A program made the translations under genes and the position numbers. The notes under the pieces are model-generated. The model saw only the letters and a list, made by a program, of their open reading frames with translations, did not search any database and had not been told where the DNA came from. Of a DNA stretch of 64,000 nt, positions 52,819 through 64,000 are shown one piece after another. Location of the stretch: contig NC_042998.1 in NCBI RefSeq assembly GCF_006345805.1, forward strand, positions 158,844,001 to 158,908,000. The letters are read 5' to 3'. Each line of letters opens with the position of its first letter. Position 1 is the stretch's first letter. This stretch comes from Octopus sinensis. Taxonomy: Eukaryota.

Positions 52819-53345
52819 AACATACATGCAGGTGTATATGTATGTGTGTATGTATGTATGTATGTATGTATGTATTATGCGTGTGTTTACACATCTATGG
52901 AGACTCGTTGGCGTTTCTCCTTTGCACCTTTTTTCTTCCATTTTTCATTGCTATCACCTCAGCTAACACTTTTTACACCTTCTCTTGCATGTCTTCTTCA
53001 CTCCTTTCTTTCTCTATCTATCGATCTATTTAGCTCACCTGACGTTCACCATCGTCTCTACTATCACAATAATTATTGAAGTTCTCAGTAGAATAATTTC
53101 TATGCACTTCTCTATTAATTTTTAATATCATCATACCAGTGGATTGGCATTAAAGCATCAGAAAAAATTGCTTAGCAATATTTCTTCCGCCACTTTATGT
53201 TCTGAGTTCAAATTCTTCCAAGGTCAACTGTAGCTTTCGTTCCTCTGTAGTCAATAAAATAAAACAAATCCTGTACTGGTGTCTATAGTATCGACTAAGA
53301 CCGCCTCTTCAAATTTGCTGGCATTGCGCCTAAATTAGAAGTCAT
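51365..53345 (+). mobile_element. Cluster of degenerate Nin-SINEs (~51365, 51645, 51965, 53160)
   Basis: Repeated GTTCTGAGTTCAAAT..GACTTTGCCTTTC..GTCGATAAA cores. Confidence 0.6.
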
Positions 53346-53399
53346 TAATATAATAACGATAATTATTAGCATTAGTATTATTATTAGTATTATTATTTA

Positions 53400-53985
53400 A
53401 GACGTCGCAGAGTATCTAATATCGTAATGTTGTTGATTGAGATATCGTGTCTACCGGTGATTTGTACTGTCTGTCAAGTCACAAGGACCTCAGACAAACA
53501 ATACTTTACGCAATATGCGTTCAGTTCCAAGCAATGACGATTTTTGCAATACACCTAGATTTTAGAGTATTTCTAAAGTTTCCAGATGTTTCTGCAGGTT
53601 GGATGGTATTGAACCCAATGCTCCGATGACAATATGGACAATCTTTATATTTGACTCTCGTAACTGTCACATCTCAATTCTCAGGTCTCCATATTTATCA
53701 ATATTTTCTCTTTCTTTCATGATAATACGTTGATCTGACACTGCATGTCGATTACAAGGCATTCTTGTTTGTCCCTCCTAAGAGTTACTATGTCTGGCCT
53801 TCGGTGCTCTAATACCTTGTCTGTCTGGAAATCAAAGTCCAGAGGACTTTTGCCTTCCTCTTTTCGTCCATTACTATAGCGAACAACATCAACAGCAGTC
53901 ACAAGGTTCCTTGAATTGAGTTTTAATGTCAAGAGAAGTTTGAAGCGTTTCAAATATACAGTGATGACCTTGTCTTTCATTTCTA
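53400..53985 (-). mobile_element. R4/Dong-like LINE 3' fragment in (TAA)n
   Basis: DFDFQTDKVLEHRRPDIV..ECLVIDM; (TAA)n-like sequence on both sides. Confidence 0.75.
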
Positions 53986-55224
<1,239 letters not shown>

Positions 55225-55229
55225 GTTAG

Positions 55230-55292
<63 letters not shown>

Positions 55293-55300
55293 ACATCAGA

Positions 55301-55385
<85 letters not shown>

Positions 55386-55386
<1 letters not shown>

Positions 55387-55585
55387 GGCAGCGAGCTGTC
55401 AGAACCGTTAGCACACCGGGCAAAATGCTTAGCGGCATTTCCTGTGTCTGAAAGTTCTGAGGTCAAATACCGTCGAGGCTGACGTTGCTTTTCATCCTTT
55501 AGGAGTCGATCAAATAAGTACCAGTTCGAGCACCGGGGCCAATGTGACTGACTTAACCCCCTCTCCCGAACTTCCCCTCCCCCGA
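55386..55585 (+). mobile_element. Nin-SINE
   Basis: GGCAGCGAGCTGTCAGAACCGTTAGCAC head plus TTTTCATCCTTTAGGAGTCGAT core. Confidence 0.7.
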
Positions 55586-55599
55586 AGTTGCGACAAAGG

Positions 55600-57200
55600 T
55601 GAGTGGTACCCTCTAAGTGTAGACTTGTGAGTCGGAGAAACGGAATTGGGGAGGGTACTTGTCCCTCTATCGACGAGTGTGTGTAGTTGGTTGCGATTGT
55701 GATGGTTGGCGCGTGTTGGTTGGTGCGTGTTGCGATTGTGATGGTTGGTGGAGATGTGATTTAAGATATGTATTGCTTGATCCTGGTGTTATAGATGTGT
55801 TCTATTTGTAGGGAAAAGCCGCTAGTGACGAGTGCTTCATTATAATATGGTGCTTGATTATTGATAATTTCCTCAGTGAAGGAGAGGTCGGATATGCGGG
55901 TTGAGATGTACTTGAGTTATCGAAAGTGGATTTGAGGTGATTGGAGTGGATGTTAAGGTATCTGAGATATTGGTTAGGTTTGTGGTAAGGTTTTCGAATG
56001 TGATAGATAGAATTTGGTTAGAGAATAATTTATGTAGATCCTTTCTAGTTCTTTCTGAGGAGGATTTATTTATGCTTTTGGAAACTAATAAAGCGTCGTC
56101 CCTGAATAGGCCTCCCTTGATGTTAGGGAAATGTATATGGAGCTGATGTAGTATATTTAGTCCAACTAAGTCAGTGACCTGAGCTGAATCAGATGATCCC
56201 ATGGTTATGTCGAATAGGTTGCTATGGTTATTGCCTGGCACCTGAGTTTGCTTTCAAAAGAAATAACGGTTTAGTGGGCATTAAGTATTATGTTAATTTC
56301 TAGTAGAGTTAGGTTAGTAAGGTTCCTAGCTAGCAGAAGAGCTTGATTAAGAAGTTTAGGAGAAATAGAAGAGTACTAATTATTTATGTCGAATTGTAGG
56401 AAGGAATTTGAGTTTGGGGTTTTTAGAAGGTGGAACCATGTAATAACTTCACCTGTGTGAGACCATAGGTTAACATTTAATTTGTCCTTGACGATTGGTA
56501 TTATTTTGTCCAAAATATTTTCCTATGTCAAATTTGGTGGGACATATTAGGGGCATTGAAGTTTTGGTAATAAAGTCCTTGTTGTGATCCTTGAAGTTAA
56601 AGTGTGGTGATGCAGGGCAGTATGGTTCGGCTCGGTCATCTACTTGTAATTTCCTCATAAGTTTGCAGTGGTTGGTGTTGATTTCATTTAGGGCAGATGT
56701 TGGTGCCAGCTTGTAGGATTTGTCGAGTTCTTTCTTTATGAATTTATTATATTCCTCAATGGTATTGGGATACATAATTCCTGTTTTATCCGAGAAGACA
56801 TGTAATTTGGGGAATGCAATTATCCATTTTATGGTGTTCGAGAGCTTTTTTTGAAAGGGGAATTTGTATTTAGAGAATTTAATGTTTCCAATTAAATTAA
56901 TCATATCTGCTTCAAATTCTTCGATACGGGAGCTGTGTGGAGGGTTCTTATATGATTTGACGTTGTAGCTGTTGGTATTATTGTCAGCTCTGCATTTTTG
57001 ATTGTCGTGAAATACAGCTTTCCATCTCATTCTTCGGATGAGGTCCTTAGTTTTGGTAAGGAGGATTAAAAGGAAAGTCTTTTGTGAAGGAATAGTTGTG
57101 TCCTTAAGAGAAATGCCAAGGAATAGTTTATCCATTACTGAAGCTTTACCTGAGATAAGTGTTTATAATAGCGAGAAATGGTGGTTATGAGAGGTAATGA
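55600..57200 (-). mobile_element. Penelope-like RT pseudogene (second PLE lineage)
   Basis: LIRRMRWKAVFH, SDKTG, FNFKDH, LFDITMGSSDSAQVTDLVGL, GLFRDDALL (RT motifs B and C). Confidence 0.8.
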
Positions 57201-57237
57201 TGTCGTATATGTGTATGTATGTACTTATGTATGTATA

Positions 57238-57395
57238 TGACGGGTTTCTTTCAGTTTCCGTCTATGAAATCCACTCATAAGGCTTTGGTTGGACTTAGGC
57301 TATAGCAGAAGACACTTGCTCAAGGTACCACGCCATGGAGCTGAATCTGGAACCATGTGGTTGGGAAGCAAGCTTCTTACCACAAAGCCATGCCT
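57238..57395 (-). mobile_element. OK-type SINE head
   Basis: GGAACCATGTGGTTGGGAAGCAAGCTTCTTACCAC on plus strand. Confidence 0.75.
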
Positions 57396-57499
57396 TTGTT
57401 TATTTATTATATCATTTCATTATATGTAAACCCTATCACTTTATGTCTAGATTGTATTGTCCCTTTCGTCCTTCGCCTTGATGGCAAATAAATGTTATT

Positions 57500-58580
57500 A
57501 TTACTATCATTATTATTTTTTTCTTTCTTCAAATTTTCTTCCATTTCTCGCCGAGTGTTTTCTGTACACCTAGGGCAGAGAAGCTCATTGTATGCATTCC
57601 CAGATTACACACACAAATTCAGAGGTAAAATATGCATTTAAAAAAAAATTAATAAATGAATAAAATCATGAATGGATGTTGTTTTCACAGCGATAATGCT
57701 CTTCTCACTACATGAGTCGTTCCAGTTTACACGGTATCATTTTCAAATAGGGCGACGAGCTGGCAGAAACGTTAGCACGCCGGAAGAAATGCTTAGCAGT
57801 ATTTTGTCTCTCGCTACGTTCTGAGTTCAAATTCTGCCGAGGTCGACTTTGCCTTTCATCCTTTCTGGGTCGATTAAATAAGTACCAGCTACGCACTGGG
57901 GTCGATATAATCGACTTAATCCGTTTTTCTGTCTTTGTTTGTCCTCTCTGTGTTTAGCCCCTTGTGGGTAGTAAAGAAATTGGTATAATTTTCAAATAGG
58001 TTTCAGTACCTTTTTTTTTTATCATTCCTAGAGATCCTACAATCACTGGTACTGTAGTCGTCTTCAGATGCCACATTTTTTTCAATTTCTATCAGCAAGT
58101 CTTTATATTTACTGATCTTGTCAAATTCTTTCGCCGCTATATTGTGATCTCAAGGAATACACATGTCAATTAATAAACACACCTTTTTTTCTGATCTTTT
58201 ATAATATCCGGTTTATTAGCTTTTATAGTTTTGTCGGTTGTACGGGGAAGTCCCAGAGAATCGACAGCATTTTCTCATTCAGTCGCAGTTTTAGGGTGGT
58301 GTTTATACCATTTGTCAGCGGTTTTGATTTTATAATGCCGACATATTGTCCAGTGTAGATACTGGCCGACTCTGTCATGTCTTGCTTTATATTCTACAGG
58401 TGCTAAGACTCTACACCCTGAGATTAGGTGGTCTATAGTTTCAATCTCAACGTTACAGAATCGGCATTTTGGGTCAGCTCCATTTTTTATCACATTGGTT
58501 TGGTAGTTCCTGGTTAATAAGCTTTGATCATAAGCTGCTAATATGAAACCTTCGCTCTCTGCTTTTAGCCCTGAGCTTCG
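57500..58580 (-). mobile_element. R4/Dong-like LINE 3' part (CCHC and RLE), interrupted by a SINE
   Basis: GLKAESEGFILAAYDQSL..CRFC..ETIDHLISGC..YKARHDRVG..LHW; (TAA)n-like sequence at both ends. Confidence 0.85.
57751..57981 (+). mobile_element. Full-length Nin-SINE with 19-bp TSD
   Basis: GGTAT(C/A)ATTTTCAAATAGG at 57733-57751 and 57982-58000. Confidence 0.9.
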
Positions 58581-58612
58581 TATTATTATTATCGTTCTTG
58601 TTGTTATTATTT

Positions 58613-58830
58613 AGGTAACGAGCTGGCAGAATCATTAGCACGCTGGGCGAAATATTTAGCGGTATTTCGTCAATCTTTACGTTCTGAGTTCAAATTCCAC
58701 TGAGGTCAACTTTGCCTTTTATTCATTCGGGGTCGATAAATTAAGTACCAGTGAAATACAGGAATCAATGTAATCGACTAGTCACTTCGACTAAAGTTTC
58801 AGGCCCTGTGCATTTAATAAAATGGGTTAT
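58613..58830 (+). mobile_element. Nin-SINE
   Basis: GAGCTGGCAGAATCATTAGCACG head and Nin core. Confidence 0.8.
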
Positions 58831-59510
58831 TATTATTATTGCAAAATCCTCACAACACACACTCACACACATACACAAACACATTCCATAACGTTTTTCT
58901 TAATATAAACTCTTGATGTTAATAAAGAAACATTAATATTATTATTATTATCATTACTATTATTATTATTATTTTATTATTATTATATTATTATTATTAT
59001 TATTATATTATTATTATTATTATTATTATCATCATTATCTGTCCCTTTGAGCAACCAATTTTTGCAATGTTCTCTTCAACCGACACTCCTGTAGCAACGT
59101 CGTCATCCATATTATCACTGTTCATATCACCGTTATCATCATCATCATCATCATCAACATCATCATCTTTTTTTGCACTGATCACCATCATCATCATTTA
59201 AAGATACAACCAGCTGTTTTTGCAATGACGAGGGAAGGTTTCCTTTCTTTGTGTTGTTCTTTCCTCTTTTCTCTCTATTTTTCTTGGGGTTTTCTCTTTT
59301 TTTTTTAATAATCGTCTAACCGATAAAAGTCTGCTGGTGACAAAAGCTAGACAAGGAGAGAGGATAAAACGAAATCAGATAAGGTACGAAATGTTTTCAT
59401 GTGCTGATAGATTAACTCAGAAGAAAATATTCCATGAAGGAACAGGAACGTTTCTTAAATCAATATAACACACACACACAATATATATATATATATAATA
59501 TATATATATA

Positions 59511-59908
59511 TACTAGCAGTATCACCCGGCGTTGCTCGGGTTTGTAAGGGAAATAACTATATAAGCATTTTTAGAGATGTAAAGTATAATAGCCATCTCA
59601 ATATGGCTAACCACAAAGGGAGGTGTTACTGTAGCTTTTTACGTTCTGAGATTTAATAATACATTTTTAGAGAGTTACTTCCCTTATATAAACCGAGCGA
59701 AAATGCATTAAAAATACGGAAAAATTATGGTAATTTTTTTTTAAATCGTAGAATCATCGTAGACGCGCGCTAATACCCAGAAGGTCTTGATATGAATCAC
59801 GACTATAAGTTACCCGCTTTTGGTTAAACTGCACCGCAAAATGTGGGAGTAGTTAGGAATCTAAATCGTAGGAGACAGACACACAACGTTACTTTTATAT
59901 ATAAAGAT
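59511..59908 (+). mobile_element. Helitron/Helentron-type non-autonomous element
   Basis: TACTAGCAGTATCACCCGGCGTTGCTCGGG start, internal direct repeats, GACAGACACAC..TTTTATATATAAAGAT end. Confidence 0.6.
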
Positions 59909-59973
59909 GTGTGTGTGTATATATGTCTGTATGTATGTATATATATATATAATATATATATATATATTATATA

Positions 59974-60011
<38 letters not shown>

Positions 60012-60043
60012 GTGTGTGTATGTATGTATGCATATGCATAGAT

Positions 60044-60720
60044 GAGTACAGGACAGCACTAACAATAAACAACATGAAATACGAAAACAAATAAGTTCAA
60101 TACGCAAACAACGAGAAATAAATGGAAAACAGGACACGTAACATAAAGAACGACCCTTCATCAGTTGTCGGCTCTCTATCTACTCCTCATTTCGAGCATT
60201 CAACGACAATGTGAGTCTTTGAAGACACTTGCTCCCATAACTACCAAAATAAAATTCTGGATTTATGGAGGGTCAAATTTGAGAACAAAAACAGGACAGT
60301 GGAGACATACAAGGAAACCGAACGATAATAAACATGGAGGGTCGTTAGACCAGAACGAGAGGAAAATAGTGAACGCTGGGAGAAATATTTTCTTTGAAAA
60401 GAAAAAAGATAGAAGAGGGAGGTGGAATACGTCCGGTCCTTAGGACAGGTATGAAGGAAAAGAAAAATGGACGATGGTCACGTGTGAGCAACGAGAGAGA
60501 GAAAAAGAGAAAGGAAGAGACAGACAGACAGACAGAAAACGGTGAAGGGGAGAAACAGATGATGGAGAAAATGTATAGGGTAGAGTCGCATCAAAAAGAT
60601 TAAGATAATTTTACTTGGAAATGGATGCGTGGCGTTCAATCCAATAATAATATAAATAATATATATGTGTGCGCGTGTGCCTGTGTGTATAAAAGATTGC
60701 AACGGAACACACAAGTTGGT
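60044..60720 (-). mobile_element. PLE-type 3' repeat; truncated copy at 62640-62810
   Basis: Similar to 34972-35184; abuts microsatellite. Confidence 0.6.
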
Positions 60721-61169
60721 ATGTGTAAGTAAAATGGGACTAGGTAGAAAAATGCTAAAATAATTTTATATCATGAAAAACATTTTGCGACTTTTTCAAC
60801 TTTGAGTAAAGCATGAAAAAGAATTAAATTGTGAAAAAATTAAATGAAATGTTTTTTTTTAAATATTTCCATAGTTTTCAAATGCAAGGGACATTTTCCT
60901 TTTTTCTGTCTGTCTATCTGTCTCACTTTTACTCTTATGAAGGCTTGGTAGCAAGTAGTAGGTAGTAGCAGTCCTAAATGAATATTTTATATGAGACCTT
61001 GGGTTTGATCATGGATTCCTGTAATTAGCGGTTATAACCTAAAACAGCAGAATGAATAATCAGTTTTTCTTTTGTGAGTGGTAGTTATCCGTTGTTTCTT
61101 GTACAAAATAGAAGTTCGAATCCAATTAATGTTTAATATTTCGAATTGTAATTATCTTTTTTCTTTCTT

Positions 61170-61305
61170 TTACTTTATTCAGTCATGAGACTGCAGCCGT
61201 GCTGGGACACCGCCTTAAAATCTTTTGCTGAACCATTAAGTTATAGGAATGTAAACACACCAACACGGTTGCGAAGCAGTGGTGATGGCCACACACACTC
61301 AGACA

Positions 61306-61338
<33 letters not shown>

Positions 61339-61339
61339 A

Positions 61340-61415
<76 letters not shown>

Positions 61416-61445
61416 CGAAGGGCTTCTTCCAGTTTCCGTCTAGAA
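61170..61445 (-). mobile_element. Degenerate OK-type SINE
   Basis: CAGTCATGAGACTGCAGCCGTGCTGGG...GGGCTTCTTCCAGTTTCCGTC. Confidence 0.6.
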
Positions 61446-62516
61446 ATTTTTCCTCTCATCATCTTCAATGTAAAGCATACTGGCATGCAGTGAATGTTCA
61501 CATTTCGTTTAAATTTACGTATTCTATACTATTTCTCATACCATCATATGTTAGCGCGTGTTTCTATATTTTATATCTCAGTGATACAGCCCAATTATAT
61601 TTACGTTATTAGCAATTTTAAGTCAAGGTTAAGTGCTTCAAAGTTATGTATAAACCATAAAGGCAAAAGGAAATTAAATAGAAACCTTTCACATATGCTA
61701 TTTTTTCTACTGATCTGGATATATCCAGTAACGACTTTTCACCCGAGAAATTAATAGCTGGCGTAGCTTTGTTTGACAAGAAGGAAATCAAAATATGTCA
61801 TGCAGTAGAAATTTTCTACTACGCATCCTGGTCCATCACCAACAAACAGCTAAAGGATTTCTACAATCAGAAACGGCGTTTATTACTATTTTTGATTATA
61901 AATAGCCTTTTAATGTGGTTTGAAGTTGGGTCGAAAATCGGCTCATATATACAAATATTAAAAGGTCCTTAACGAAATACAGGACATGAGCGAGTAATGT
62001 TAGATATTTAGTAGCAGACATTGTAAAATTTCTATATGTGAGCCGATCTTTCCGTAATAAGCAGACATACACAAGACAATTTAATTATCATTACTTCAAT
62101 ATATTTACTCTAATTTCCTCCTTCACATAGTAATAAAGAGGCCATGTATCATACAAGCGATTTCATTCCTGCCTTCAGGAAATTCACTATAGTAATAATT
62201 TTCTTTAGTATTAGTTCTTGATCCCTTTTGTACGCGTAGCCTTTTCTATATTCATGGAACTAATACTTTTGTAACGGAACAGCTTCCACCAATACTGTAT
62301 GGTCTGTACATTTAATAAACTGATATGTGCATCGAAACAGACTTTGATGTTCTGGGTTCTGGCTGTCTTCTAATCTATCTACCCATCTAACAATCAATCA
62401 ACCAATCATTCAATCAATCAATCTATCTATCTATCAATCCATCTATCTCTCTATCACTCTTTCTCCGTATGTATATAATATAAATAATATATATATGCAT
62501 ATACTACATACATATG

Positions 62517-62630
<114 letters not shown>

Positions 62631-62810
62631 GCATATATGGGTACAGGACATCACAACAGTAAACAACATGAAATACGAAAACAAATGAGTTCAATACACA
62701 AACAAATGGAAAACAAGACAAGTAACATAAATGATGACCTTTCATCAGTTGTCGGCTGTCTATCTACTCCTCAATTCGAGCACTGCCACGCATTCGTTTC
62801 GAAGTAAGTT

Positions 62811-62894
<84 letters not shown>

Positions 62895-64000
62895 ATGTAT
62901 GCATGTATGTATGTATTATGTATGTATGTATGTATGTATGTATGTATGTATGTATGTATATAAAGTAAATTAAGGAAAGCAATTCCTTCAAAGGGGCGTG
63001 TAAAACATTCAATTCACTGGTACGTCAGTTGAATACAACATAAATATGGGTATAATGCAAATTACAAACAAAAAATTAAATACAGAGATACAATTGACAA
63101 TCCAATAATCTATTCATGTTATAATGTAACATAATATACTATGAATATAATATAATATTGGATCTTTTTTTAACTGTATCTTTTGTGTAGTTGAAACGTT
63201 ATGGCTCATGTTCTCAATACATAGGCATTTTTTTACAATCCATCCGTCCTTTCACAGGGAATTTCGTTTGTCTATAAACCTATGGTCCGAAGAGATCAGT
63301 GGATATATATTGCATATAAATCAAATAATGCATTTAAGTCGAAACAAACTGTTGGCTATTTTGGCTTTTTAATGACTTTTTATGTTATCTAATATTATAT
63401 TATATTTATAGTATATTATGTTTTATTATAATAGAAATTAATTATTAGATTGTCAATTGAATCACTCTATTTACTTTATTGTTTATACACACCTACACAT
63501 ACCCGCACGCTTAAGCACACACACACGCATATATATATATAGTTGAAGTTCGTAGAAAAATACAAAAGACAAAGACAGGTGTATGAATAACAAGCAAGTT
63601 TGACGCTCGGGAGAAATGAAAAAGTCCTTTTATTTACGTTTTGAGCCTACGCTCTTCAACATAATAGAAACTAAAGGTGAAAAAAACTTGTAGATTTCAG
63701 TGATATATATTTATATATAGAGAGAGATACAGATATATCGTAGGACTCTGAGCAGGTATCACCATGACAACTTTCTCTGTGATGATCAACACGACGATCA
63801 CACGATACACAGCACTGCTGTAAACAGCGGAAATGAGTTAGAACATTAAAACTTAGTGTGCATGCACAACGGAGTTTAAGGTCAATCTGTGCCATGCGGC
63901 TTTACTCTGCATGCTTTAACTTCGCTACTATGACAACAGTCCGGATAGTTATTGATCAGACCTCGTATATTTATACATATATATATTGTTGTATATATGT

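Overview
AT-rich eukaryotic non-genic or intronic DNA, saturated with microsatellites and transposon debris. The SINE families, Penelope-like elements (PLEs) and (TA)n/(CA)n/(AGAT)n density resemble an octopus/cephalopod genome (inference). I found no convincing host exon; most ORF-track entries are microsatellite translations. Recognisable content: two tRNA-derived SINE families plus Nin/Deu-domain SINEs, degenerate mariner/Tc1/maT transposons, RTE and R4/Dong-type LINE fragments, several PLE RT/GIY-YIG remnants with hammerhead-ribozyme (HHR) repeats (two form large hairpins), Helitron-type non-autonomous elements and MITEs. The most interesting signal is a family of ~1.4-1.7 kb retroelements encoding only an ORF1/gag-like protein (CCHC knuckle, no RT). 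One diverged member (16818-18258) sits in a SINE tRNA head with a 16-bp TSD. Three more (42.5-46.5 kb) are stacked at one 15-bp site at the start of a 247-bp repeat carrying a U3-A8 variant hammerhead. Their 3' tails resemble the Nin-SINE tail, suggesting one shared autonomous LINE. All alignments and RNA folds were done by eye.
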